Shown here: positions 34,413 to 42,904 of the stretch, piece by piece
Layout: every line of letters starts with the position of its first letter
Numbering within the stretch: position 1 is the first letter of the stretch
Assembly (NCBI GenBank): GCA_003050645.1
Contig: PEBX01000006.1
Coordinates: 4,015 to 68,014 of the forward strand
From: Candidatus Carbonibacillus altaicus
Lineage (GTDB): Bacteria; Bacillota; Bacilli; Thermicanales; DSM-22653
Length of the DNA: 64,000 bases
Reading direction: 5' to 3'
The notes under the pieces: model-generated
What the model saw: only the letters and a program-made list of their open reading frames with translations
The model's database searches: none
What the model was told of the DNA's origin: nothing
Position numbers and translations under genes: made by a program

Positions 34413-34586
34413 TCATTTCGTACAAGACTCGTTCATATCGAGATCTTTAAGTTGTGGGGTGAAGCTCCATCGTGTGGCCGTGTTGACCATGAGCATCACC
34501 TTACCGGCAAAGAGGGCAAGGGATGTTTCAACGCCGTGGATGGTCGTTACGGAAAAATCGTAGATGGTTGCGTTCTTCGTATCCGT
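34413..34586 (-). pseudogene. Glutathione peroxidase N-terminal relic
   Basis: The minus-strand translation TDTKNATIYDFSVTTIHGVETSLALFAGKVMLMVNTATRWSFTPQLKDL matches the GPx N-terminus (IYDF...G....L..y.GKV.LiVNvASkCGfTpQy..L). The catalytic Cys position reads Trp, the start position reads ACG, and the frame stops after ~57 codons. Confidence 0.55.
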
Positions 34587-34860
34587 ACGCCTTTTACTTT
34601 ATTATATTTTAAATCATCTGAACACTTTAATCAACTTGTAGTGGATGAACTGATAGAGTATGATAGTCTTAAGCGTCGAGGACAAGTTTGTTGCACATTA
34701 TCGCAAAAGATCAATTTTAATATTTTTTCTCAAGACAAAGAACTCTTATGGTTATAAAATCATTGTATTGAATGAAAAATATATCATCCAAACCATCGAA
34801 GAGACATGAAGTATTCTAAATGTTTGCAGTCTATTGTTAGATTTGAAAGGAGACAGGACG

Positions 34861-36432
34861 ATGAAAAAAGAAAGTAAGATTCTTTATCTTCCATCTTTAC
34901 AGGGCAGGCAAAATAAAGCAAACAATGAAATGGATGATGCTGGACGTACCCGTGGTCATGGTCATCATAGAGAGATGTTGACTTTAAAGCAAGAAACGTC
35001 TGATCATCATACGTTGGTCGATATCGCGAATGTGGCGGAAGAAAAAGAGTGGTCTGAAGAACAGCTCAACGAAACGATTGAAAACATTTTGTCTTTACTT
35101 CAAGAAGATGATGAACAAGCAAAATATTATGAAGTAGCAGTCCTGTTGAGAGATTCTTTTAAACATCGTTACCCATCGACGACTGTATTTACAGCACTTT
35201 TTATGTGGGTGAACTATGCTTTCGAGATACAGCCGAGAGTGCACAAACCATCCGTTATGGTTGCAGCCATGGACTACTTATTTTCAACATTGGATGAAGG
35301 AGAAGCGGTGAGCCAGCAGGAGATCGCGCGTCGATACGATGTGTCCGTCGCTCAACTCGCCCGACGTAGCCAGGCGTTAGTGGCATATATCGAAACATTT
35401 CTTTCTAAGTTGAATGGTGATCTATCTCAAAGCACGTCAGAAGCCAACAAAATAATCTTAGAAGATGATGGCTATGATGAACGTGAACACGAGATCGGCC
35501 TTTCTCATCACGCCTTTTCAAAAGTGCTGCCGAGTGAACGGTTGAACTATATTTTAAATCATATGTTAAATGATGAAGATATTGACACGGTGGATGATGT
35601 TCATACGGATGCATGGCAAGAAGTGTTCAATCAAAAAGTCGCATCACTCTTAAACAGCGGAGCGATCGATCAGTATGAACCGAAAACACGCCGACAAAAA
35701 GCGCAGATGCTTCTTTATGATGCTTGGGAGGCACCGACGCCGCGTGAGCAAAAACGTTTGGCCAAAAAAGCATTAGAGATATATCCGGATGCTGCAGATG
35801 CTTATGTCATTTTTGCGGAGCATGCGAATAGCCTTAAAAAAGCCCATGATTATTATTTAAAAGGTGTTCAGGCTGGAGAGCGGGACCTAGGTCCGGAATT
35901 TTTTCGAGAAAAACGGGGTGAGTTTTGGGGCTGGATTGAGACGCGCCCTTATATGCGCGCACTGGCTGGGTATGCCGAGACGCTTTATTATATGGGGCGT
36001 CCCGAGGAAGCGATAAAAACGTATGAAGCGATGCTCGATCTCAATCCGAATGATAACCAGGGCGTTCGCTACCCTCTCATCACCGCCTACCTTGAACTTG
36101 AGCAGTATGCTAAGGCGAACCGGCTTTTGCAAAGGTATATTGAAGACAGCGCTTTCTATCATTTCAATCGTATTCTCATAGAGTACCATTTGCACGGGTT
36201 CACGTTCAAACTTAAATTCAAAAAGTTACTGACTCGTGCGCATCAGCAAAACCCTTATGTTATTCCTTATTTGCTCGAAGAGGTGCTACTTCCCGATGTT
36301 TTTCCGGAGTTGATGAGCGATGGCGATGAAAATGAAGCGATCATCTATGCTATGGAGCATATGCATCTCTGGCACGAAGAAGAAGTACTGATGGAGTGGC
36401 TGGAAGAAACGTATATGACGCTTAGGAAATAG
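34861..36432 (+). CDS. TPR-repeat protein of unknown function
   Basis: The ATG lies 6 nt after AAAGGAGA. The acidic N-terminal half contains an HTH-like segment (VSQQEIARRYDVSVAQLARRS). The C-terminal half has TPR-like repeats (ALEIYPDAADAY, YMGRPEEAIKTYEAMLDLNPNDNQG). GC content is lower than in the neighbouring genes. Confidence 0.6.
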   Translation: MKKESKILYLPSLQGRQNKANNEMDDAGRTRGHGHHREMLTLKQETSDHHTLVDIANVAEEKEWSEEQLNETIENILSLLQEDDEQAKYYEVAVLLRDSFKHRYPSTTVFTALFMWVNYAFEIQPRVHKPSVMVAAMDYLFSTLDEGEAVSQQEIARRYDVSVAQLARRSQALVAYIETFLSKLNGDLSQSTSEANKIILEDDGYDEREHEIGLSHHAFSKVLPSERLNYILNHMLNDEDIDTVDDVHTDAWQEVFNQKVASLLNSGAIDQYEPKTRRQKAQMLLYDAWEAPTPREQKRLAKKALEIYPDAADAYVIFAEHANSLKKAHDYYLKGVQAGERDLGPEFFREKRGEFWGWIETRPYMRALAGYAETLYYMGRPEEAIKTYEAMLDLNPNDNQGVRYPLITAYLELEQYAKANRLLQRYIEDSAFYHFNRILIEYHLHGFTFKLKFKKLLTRAHQQNPYVIPYLLEEVLLPDVFPELMSDGDENEAIIYAMEHMHLWHEEEVLMEWLEETYMTLRK

Positions 36433-36659
36433 TGTTTAACCTGATTCCGTACCTTATCCGGCTCCTCAGTCCGTACAAGATCGCCATTTTTCCCGCCCCG
36501 TTTTTCCACACAGTACGTCGGGCCGAAACGCGATTAGAAGCGGCGACCATAAGCCAATCGAGCTTAGGATGGTTTTCTCCGCTGAGGTGATGGCGTTCAC
36601 CGTTTAAGCGTCTTTTTCCCTGTTTAGAATGCGCTCGTTTGTGTTCCATCCCATGACGA

Positions 36660-36726
36660 TCGCATATAACGGATGCGTGAGATATGAAGAATGAAACGGG
36701 GAAAGAAAGACTGATGACGCCTACTG
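36660..36726 (+). promoter_or_regulatory. Candidate fluoride riboswitch (crcB motif) aptamer
   Basis: CTGATGACGCCTAC (36711-36724) matches the conserved 3' tail of the crcB motif (CUGAUGAUGCCUAC-like). An upstream hairpin CATAT/ATATG (36663-36667/36682-36686) has a GGATGCGTGAG loop whose GCGT can pair with the ACGC of the tail. It lies upstream of two crcB genes. I could not find the P3 stem. Confidence 0.45.
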
Positions 36727-36782
36727 TAGATGAGCCGCTCTGGCAGATAAGCCAGTGTGGCGCTGCGGTAGGCGTTTTTCTT
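36717..36782 (+). terminator. Leader terminator / attenuator upstream of crcB
   Basis: ACGCCTAC (36717-36724) pairs with GTAGGCGT (36768-36775) and is followed by TTTTTCTTG. An inner hairpin CTGGC/GCCAG is present. The 5' arm overlaps the riboswitch-like tail. Confidence 0.55.
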
Positions 36783-36847
36783 GTGCAACCCGGATTCTTT
36801 GTAAAATGTTCTGATAATGGTAAGGTGGGGAACGAGGTGAGACGAGT

Positions 36848-37372
36848 ATGCGTTTTTTAAAAGCAAACTGGGCGAACTTTTTATGGGTAGGCCTTTTTGG
36901 TATGCTTGGAACATGGTTGCGTGTCATCGTATCCGATTTATATACGACCTTTAAAGTAGGCGGAAGTATGGAGCATGCTCATATTTGGGCTACGTTTACG
37001 GTCAATATGCTCGGGGCAGTGGGAATCGGTGTGCTCTCAGTTCTGAGTGAAAAAAGAGACAATCCCCGCTTGATGCTGTGGTGGGGTACAGGGATGATGG
37101 GCGGGTTCACGACTTTTTCGACGATGATGAAGGAGGCGCATGACCTCCTTTTAACCGGTGGTTCAACCGGCGGTGCAATAAACCTCGGGACGCTTGCTGC
37201 GTCTGCCTCTTCTACCGGTGTTTTATCGGGTGTGTTTGACGGTTTAACTGTCGAAACACTAGGTTTTCTGGCTGGAGCGTTTCTCGCAGGGCTCTATCTT
37301 AGCGGAACGCTTTTGTGCGGCCTTTTTTGCGTATGGCTAGGGCGTTGGGGGGCACAAAGATGGCTGCATTGA
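36848..37372 (+). CDS. crcB: Fluoride channel CrcB/FluC, paralogue 1 (with a ~35-aa Gly/Ser-rich insert)
   Basis: GGFTTFSTM motif and 4 TM segments. At 174 aa it exceeds the usual ~125 aa because of the insert GGSTGGAINLGTLAASASSTGVLSGVFDG. Confidence 0.85.
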   Translation: MRFLKANWANFLWVGLFGMLGTWLRVIVSDLYTTFKVGGSMEHAHIWATFTVNMLGAVGIGVLSVLSEKRDNPRLMLWWGTGMMGGFTTFSTMMKEAHDLLLTGGSTGGAINLGTLAASASSTGVLSGVFDGLTVETLGFLAGAFLAGLYLSGTLLCGLFCVWLGRWGAQRWLH

Positions 37373-37776
37373 TGTTTCTTGCGATCGGTCTGGGTGGGTT
37401 CATTGGAACGATCTTACGGTATCTCCTCAGCACATGGATCACTCGTGTCAGTCCGTCAACTTCTTTTCCTTGGGGAACATTTGCCGTTAATATAAGCGGT
37501 GCGTTCGGTTTTGGCCTGGTCGTGTCCTTGGGTTCGGTTTTTATTCCGTCGTTTTGGATCGATGTGTTGCTCTCCGGTTTTTTTGGGGCGTACACGACAT
37601 TTTCTACCTTCGCCTTAGAGATCGTTCGGCGTTTAGAAAACAGAAAAACGAGATCCGCGCTTCATTATGCGCTTATCTCGTTGATACTGGGGTTTACCGG
37701 TCTCGCGCTTGGTCTCTGGATCGGAGGGATTATTTTGGTCGCCGTGCGACGATTTGATCGCTTGATACAATCGTAA
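37360..37776 (+). CDS. crcB: Fluoride channel CrcB/FluC, paralogue 2
   Basis: GAYTTFSTFALE motif and N-terminal GGFIGTILRY. The ATG at 37360 overlaps the crcB1 stop by 13 nt. The maximal ORF start at 37315 lies inside crcB1. Confidence 0.85.
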   Translation: MAALMFLAIGLGGFIGTILRYLLSTWITRVSPSTSFPWGTFAVNISGAFGFGLVVSLGSVFIPSFWIDVLLSGFFGAYTTFSTFALEIVRRLENRKTRSALHYALISLILGFTGLALGLWIGGIILVAVRRFDRLIQS

Positions 37777-37968
37777 TAGTTACGAAAATAGGATTGATGA
37801 AAGTCTTTTAAGTAAAGATAGCGAGAAAAAAAGAACAGCAAGATGAGGTGAACGATGATACGCTGAGCTGTATTTTTAATCTCGCATACTATGTTTTATA
37901 TTGAATTTTACAGGCGTGTCATTCGCAACCACATTCCTTTATTCAAAGTTTGATAGACATGTGGGCAA

Positions 37969-38003
37969 CCTCCGCAGCGTTTTTCTTGCTGCGGGGGTTT
38001 TTT
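37969..38003 (+). terminator. Rho-independent terminator-like hairpin
   Basis: CCTCCGCAGC (37969-37978) pairs with GCTGCGGGGG (37988-37997), followed by TTTTTT. It lies ~190 nt after crcB2 and ~75 nt before nfo. Confidence 0.6.
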
Positions 38004-38078
38004 CACACATGCTCTCGAGTTTTTCTCGCGCCTGCGCTATGGTATGATACAGAAAGAGAGACGGTCAAGGAGGAGAAC

Positions 38079-39272
38079 ATGACATCTTTAAAAATCGGTT
38101 CACATGTATCGTTTTCCGGGAAAGGTTTGCTTTCGGCCGCGGAAGAGGCTACTTCTTACGGGTCAACAACCTTTATGGTGTATACGGGTGCGCCGCAAAA
38201 TACGGTTCGAAAACCGATGAGCGAACAGTATGTTGATGAAGGTTGGGCGTTGGCCAGAGAGAACGGAATCGAGGAGATCGTCGTTCATGCACCCTACATT
38301 ATCAACCTGGCATCACCTAAAAAAGATACATTTGAACTGGCCGTAGAGTTTCTGACTTCGGAAATCGAGCGCACAGAAGTGTTAATGTCCAAAGATATCG
38401 TTTTGCATCCCGGTGCTTTTACTGACCGGGACGTATCTTACGGTACGGAGCGGATCGTGGACGGTTTAAACACGGTGCTCTCACACGACCATGAGGTGCG
38501 GATTGCACTGGAGACGATGGCGGGCAAAGGGACGGAGATCGGCCGGCGTTTTGAAGAGATCGCGGAGATTATAGAAAAAAGTCGTTATCCAGAACGTCTT
38601 TCTGTCTGTTTTGATACGTGTCATACGCACGATGCTGGTTATGATCTCGTGCATGATTTAGATGGTACGCTGGAAACGTTTGACCGTATCATCGGGCTAG
38701 AGCGCCTCACCGTCGTCCATATGAATGACAGTAAAAATCCGCGAGGCGCGATGAAAGACCGGCATGCCCCGCTCGGTTCAGGCTATATCGGCTATGAAGC
38801 GCTAAAAGCGGTCGTGCGCCATCCGGCGCTCTCGGGTCGGCCGTTTATTCTGGAGACACCGTGGATCGGTGAAGATAAAAAAACGGAGCGACCGATGTAT
38901 GAGATTGAGATTGCCCTTTTGATGGGGAACGTCGAGGCGCGGTTTGGCAAGTCTTTTTGGGCCGATGTAGAGCGGATTGATCACTTCTTTTTGCACCACG
39001 AGCCGTATGCAACCTGGTACCGCACCCCCATCGAAGGTAAAAGTGGTGCGCGCTCCGTCGTTTTGCACCTGTGGGATGTCTTCCGTACTTCATCCCGTAA
39101 AGGTCGTAAAAAAGGCGCAGGCGATATGTCGCTCGTTTTAGATGATCTTCTTGAACCGATGCCCCGGCTATACCGCGAGATCAGACGGCACGGTCTTTTC
39201 CCGGAGCTTTCGGAAGAAGCGGTGAATCACCGTCTTATCGGCTGGTTTGCGTTTGATATCGAGCATCAATAG
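38079..39272 (+). CDS. nfo: Endonuclease IV with a ~100-aa C-terminal extension
   Basis: Nfo blocks [39 protein letters not shown] and ILETP. The ATG at 38079 follows AAGGAGGA. At 397 aa it exceeds the ~297 aa of typical Nfo. The extra segment starts after EIALLMG. Confidence 0.85.
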   Translation: MTSLKIGSHVSFSGKGLLSAAEEATSYGSTTFMVYTGAPQNTVRKPMSEQYVDEGWALARENGIEEIVVHAPYIINLASPKKDTFELAVEFLTSEIERTEVLMSKDIVLHPGAFTDRDVSYGTERIVDGLNTVLSHDHEVRIALETMAGKGTEIGRRFEEIAEIIEKSRYPERLSVCFDTCHTHDAGYDLVHDLDGTLETFDRIIGLERLTVVHMNDSKNPRGAMKDRHAPLGSGYIGYEALKAVVRHPALSGRPFILETPWIGEDKKTERPMYEIEIALLMGNVEARFGKSFWADVERIDHFFLHHEPYATWYRTPIEGKSGARSVVLHLWDVFRTSSRKGRKKGAGDMSLVLDDLLEPMPRLYREIRRHGLFPELSEEAVNHRLIGWFAFDIEHQ

Positions 39273-39330
39273 ACTGAAGAGGGCAAGGGCTGCACAAGAG
39301 GAGGTGTAGAAGGCGTCTTCGCCTTAAGGT

Positions 39331-40482
39331 ATGCCTTTTATGCAATCGTTCTACAACTGGATGCTCGGAATATTGCATTGGATGGATGGTATCATCCAAG
39401 CTGTTCAATCCATTTACGCTTTGATGACGGAAACCTGGTATGGCCGTATCATCACGGCCTTTTTCATTCTTGTGCTGTTTTTCCTGGTGCGGTTTCTTTT
39501 TCATTATTTGATCGGACGACCGCTTGTGCGCTGGAAAGAAAAAAATGGCGATCTCGCGCTGGCTTCGATTATTCAGGCCTTTCGCCTGCCGTTTAAATGG
39601 TTCTGGACGATTCTTGCGCTGTACACCGCTTTTTTGGCCTTGGGTCCTCCCGCACCGGTGACTATCTTTTTGAGCCGTTTTTATCGATCGGTTATCATTA
39701 TTTTGATGACCTGGGGATTTTATAACATGACGGGTCGATCGGCAGAGTGGCTCCGGCGTCTCGGGGAGCGTCAGGGGTTGGCATTCAGAGAGACGCTCAC
39801 CCCGCTTATCTCGCGCATTCTTCGCTTTGTGCTCATTGTTATTGCAGGGACCGTTTTGTTGCAAGAGTTTGGTTACCGCATCGAATCGGTCATAACCGGT
39901 CTCGGGTTGGGTGGTTTGGCGATCTCACTCGCGGCCCAGGATACGCTCAAAAATATGTTCGGCGGGGCGGTTATTTTACTGGAAAAGACGTTTACGATCG
40001 GGGACTGGATCGAGACGCCTGATGTAAGCGGCACGGTGGAGATGATCACCATCCGCAGTACGCAGATTCGTACATTTGATCAGGGGCTGGTCATCGTTCC
40101 CAATGCGAATCTTACGAGCGGGGCGATCAAGAACTGGAGCCGGATGGGGAAAAGACGAATCATGTTCAATCTCCCGTTGGCTCTCGGTGCCACTTCCGAG
40201 CAGGTGAGATCGTTTGTGACTACACTTAGGTCGCATCTCAAGTCCCATCCGGGTGTCCATCCGGACGCCATTTATGTAGCCATGAATCAATTTGGCGACG
40301 GGAATATGCAGGTACTTGTTTATTTTTTTACGAAGACTGTGCAATATGATGAGTGGCTTCTTCTGGGTGAAGAAATCAACCTTTATATTCTCGATTTGTT
40401 AAGGATTCATGGGCTCTCACTCGCAGTGCCCGTGCGTCAGATCTGGCTCGAGGGAGATGCGTTGCGAGAGGTCAAGGGGTGA
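39331..40482 (+). CDS. Mechanosensitive ion channel, MscS family
   Basis: N-terminal TM helices followed by the MscS beta-domain signature (NMFGGAVILLEKTFTIGDWIETPDVSGTVEMITIRSTQIRTFD..LVIVPNANL). Confidence 0.85.
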   Translation: MPFMQSFYNWMLGILHWMDGIIQAVQSIYALMTETWYGRIITAFFILVLFFLVRFLFHYLIGRPLVRWKEKNGDLALASIIQAFRLPFKWFWTILALYTAFLALGPPAPVTIFLSRFYRSVIIILMTWGFYNMTGRSAEWLRRLGERQGLAFRETLTPLISRILRFVLIVIAGTVLLQEFGYRIESVITGLGLGGLAISLAAQDTLKNMFGGAVILLEKTFTIGDWIETPDVSGTVEMITIRSTQIRTFDQGLVIVPNANLTSGAIKNWSRMGKRRIMFNLPLALGATSEQVRSFVTTLRSHLKSHPGVHPDAIYVAMNQFGDGNMQVLVYFFTKTVQYDEWLLLGEEINLYILDLLRIHGLSLAVPVRQIWLEGDALREVKG

Positions 40483-40662
40483 CATATCCTGACTGGATAA
40501 GCACCGGTTGAACCGTTATGTTGCTATGTATGTTCATCGGCAAGAATAATAGTTCATCGGCAAAATATCGGCCAATATGAAATAAAGTTTGTTCCGATCA
40601 TGAAGTTAAGTTGCAGTGGATGCATGTAAAAGCGGTGTACAAGTATAGGATGATAAAGCAAA

Positions 40663-40691
40663 GTTGACAACGAAGGCTTGTCAAGATAGGA
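40663..40691 (+). promoter_or_regulatory. Putative SigA promoter with an embedded perfect palindrome, upstream of corA1
   Basis: -35 TTGACA (40663-40668), a 17-nt spacer, -10 TAGGAT (40686-40691). TTGACAA-CGAAGGC-TTGTCAA (40663-40683) is a perfect 7-7-7 inverted repeat covering the -35 and the spacer. Confidence 0.4.
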
Positions 40692-40823
40692 TGGACATGG
40701 GTATCGCTGTCGATATCATCATCGATATGAACCGTCGATGACGAACGGTGCCGGTCAGAAAACGGAGGTCCAAAGTTTTTGAGATCTGCGAAACGTCTGG
40801 GGAAGATCGGGGGTTAGAAACGT

Positions 40824-41759
40824 ATGCTTACAATTTATAAGAGCGATACAGACGGGCAGCTGGTAGAAACGGCAGAGATCGTTCGTAACAGCTGGGTCCA
40901 TCTGACCGCTCCGACCGAAGATGAGATGTTACGGGTTGCAGAGCATATCGGTGTACCGCATGATTTTTTACATGATCCCCTCGATCTGGATGAACGGCCT
41001 CGCGTCGAAAAAGATGAAGATGATTTGTTGATTATCATGAATGCGCCCTATCGTACGGAAAATACCGATGCCGTCCCGTATCGTACCGTGCCGATCGGTA
41101 TCATTCATACGAAAGACGTGCTGGTTACCATCTGTCGCAAAGATCATCCGGTGTTTCAGGAGTTTACGTCGGGTCGTGTCAAAAATTTTTATTCGCATAT
41201 GAAAACACGCTTTACTCTGCAGATGATCCACCTCATTGCCCGTTATTATTTAAGATACTTAAACGACATTAATGCCCGTATCTTAGAAGCGGAAAAGGAA
41301 TTGCAGCAATCGATGCGCAATCAGGAAGTGTATGCGCTCCTTAATTTAAACAAAAGCCTCGTCTTTTTTACGACCTCACTCAAGGTTAACCGCGGCGTGA
41401 TCCAAAAGTTAACGCGCACATCGATTTTGAAAATGTATGAAGAAGATGAAGAGCTTTTGCAAGATGCGCTCATCGAAATGCAGCAGGCGCTCGATGCGTC
41501 GGAGATTCACAGTGAAAACTTGAGCAACCTGATGGATGCTTATGCGGCGATCATTCAAAATAATGTCAACACCGTTTTAAAAGTGCTCACAGCGCTAACC
41601 ATCATTCTGGCCATCCCAACGATGATTGCCAGTATTTACGGGATGAACGTCCCCTTGCCGTTACAGGATAAGCCCTATGCGTTTCCTATCTTGATGAGCA
41701 TTTCATTGGTTGTGGGACTCACCACTGGTTATGCCTTTTATAAAATGCGCCTTTTTTAA
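40824..41759 (+). CDS. corA: CorA-family divalent cation transporter, paralogue 1 (canonical GMN)
   Basis: 311 aa with a cytoplasmic N-domain and two C-terminal TM helices carrying the YGMNVP signature. Confidence 0.85.
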   Translation: MLTIYKSDTDGQLVETAEIVRNSWVHLTAPTEDEMLRVAEHIGVPHDFLHDPLDLDERPRVEKDEDDLLIIMNAPYRTENTDAVPYRTVPIGIIHTKDVLVTICRKDHPVFQEFTSGRVKNFYSHMKTRFTLQMIHLIARYYLRYLNDINARILEAEKELQQSMRNQEVYALLNLNKSLVFFTTSLKVNRGVIQKLTRTSILKMYEEDEELLQDALIEMQQALDASEIHSENLSNLMDAYAAIIQNNVNTVLKVLTALTIILAIPTMIASIYGMNVPLPLQDKPYAFPILMSISLVVGLTTGYAFYKMRLF

Positions 41760-41794
41760 GGTTTAAGGTAGATGCTGGAAAGGGGGGACACAGG

Positions 41795-42760
41795 ATGCTC
41801 AAAATGTTTCATCATGATGCGGCGGGAGCGCTCCGAGAGATCGACGAGTTCATGCCGGATAGTGTGATCTTGTTGCTTGCGCCAACAGATGAGGAGCGTA
41901 CCAAAGTTTCACAGTCATTGGGGGTGCATCCGGCATATTTGGAAGAACCGCTTGATCCCGAAGAGAGACCGCGTATTGAGCGCGATGACGATCTTTTGAG
42001 TATTATTTTACACTTTCCTGTACGAGCGCTTATGCCTGAACAGCGGGACGAGACGATTGTTTCCATCCCTTTTTTTCCATGCCCAGTGGCATTAATTCAC
42101 TTGCCCAAGCATCTAATCATCGTCTCAAACACAGATACCGATCTGTTTTTGTATGTGCTTGAAGGCCAGTACGGACCGGTCAAAACGCATATGCGAACGC
42201 GCCTTACGTTTCTCATTTTCGAGGCCATTGCTCAGCGTTTTAATGCCGTCCTGGAAGAAATTCAACAAAAGACCCATCGTGTACAGCGCTCTCTCAGGCA
42301 TGCGCATCGTAATCGTGAACTGTATGAACTCCTTTATCTGGGGAAAAGTCTTACCTACTTTGCAGCATCTTTACGTGCCATGCGCACCATTTACCAGCAT
42401 TTATTAACTGGGCGGGATCTTCCGCTTTTTGAGAAGGATCATGAACTTTTGCAGGATGCGCTCATAGATCTGGAACAGGCAGAGGAAGTCACCGCCGTGC
42501 GCGCGGAAAGTCTTGGTCAGCTCATGGATGCATATGCCGCGGTTATTCATAATAATGTGAACGCTGTGTTGAAGATTTTAACGACGCTCACCGTCGTGCT
42601 GGCGATTCCGACGATGATTGCCAGTCTTTACGCGATGAATGTTTCCGACTTGCCGTGGCACGATAAAGTGTGGATGTTCCCCGGACTTTTGGCGCTGATG
42701 GTGCTCATCGGAGGAGCGCTTATATTTTTCTTTTATAAAAAGGACTTTTTACGTTTTTAA
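41795..42760 (+). CDS. CorA-family transporter, paralogue 2 (AMN instead of GMN)
   Basis: Same architecture and clear similarity to paralogue 1 (LMDAYAAVIHNNVNAVLKILTTLTVVLAIPTMIASLY), but the signature reads YAMNV. Confidence 0.8.
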   Translation: MLKMFHHDAAGALREIDEFMPDSVILLLAPTDEERTKVSQSLGVHPAYLEEPLDPEERPRIERDDDLLSIILHFPVRALMPEQRDETIVSIPFFPCPVALIHLPKHLIIVSNTDTDLFLYVLEGQYGPVKTHMRTRLTFLIFEAIAQRFNAVLEEIQQKTHRVQRSLRHAHRNRELYELLYLGKSLTYFAASLRAMRTIYQHLLTGRDLPLFEKDHELLQDALIDLEQAEEVTAVRAESLGQLMDAYAAVIHNNVNAVLKILTTLTVVLAIPTMIASLYAMNVSDLPWHDKVWMFPGLLALMVLIGGALIFFFYKKDFLRF

Positions 42761-42808
42761 ATAAACGATCTATAGGCGGTCACGGCTTACGAGAGGCTGC
42801 CGGGAAAG

Positions 42809-42828
42809 CCCACCCTTTCAAGGGTGGG
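42809..42828 (+). other. GC-rich hairpin between corA2 and corA3 (no U-tract)
   Basis: CCCACCC (42809-42815), loop TTTCAA, GGGTGGG (42822-42828). It is followed by AGTAGG rather than a T run. Confidence 0.5.
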
Positions 42829-42904
42829 AGTAGGTCACAGTAGATGTCTATAAGGTCACTGTCTATAATGTTACGGGGTCTGCGAAAGTGAGGGGGTGGG
42901 GGGT

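Noticed and set aside
34452-34757. 101-aa + strand ORF
   Set aside because: Its 5' half is the antisense of the glutathione-peroxidase relic, and its 3' half runs into AT-rich DNA. There is no RBS.
36422-36649. Minus-strand 75-aa ORF with faint resemblance to the HNH/maturase C-terminus of group II intron proteins (…RHHLSG…LDWLMVAASNR…)
   Set aside because: The cysteines and histidines of the HNH/zinc motifs are missing. No reverse-transcriptase domain or intron domain V/VI lies nearby, and the expected downstream intron end would fall inside the TPR CDS. It is most likely non-coding.
36781-36847. Second fluoride-riboswitch-like tail (CTGATAATGGTAAGG) just before the crcB start
   Set aside because: It matches only CTGAT.ATGG, and no complementary 5' segment or hairpins are present. 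The better candidate lies upstream at 36660-36726.
40483-40823. M-box (Mg2+ riboswitch) upstream of corA
   Set aside because: I could not find the conserved GTTAGGTGAGGC core or the other M-box blocks in the 340-nt leader. A covariance-model search would be needed to exclude it formally.
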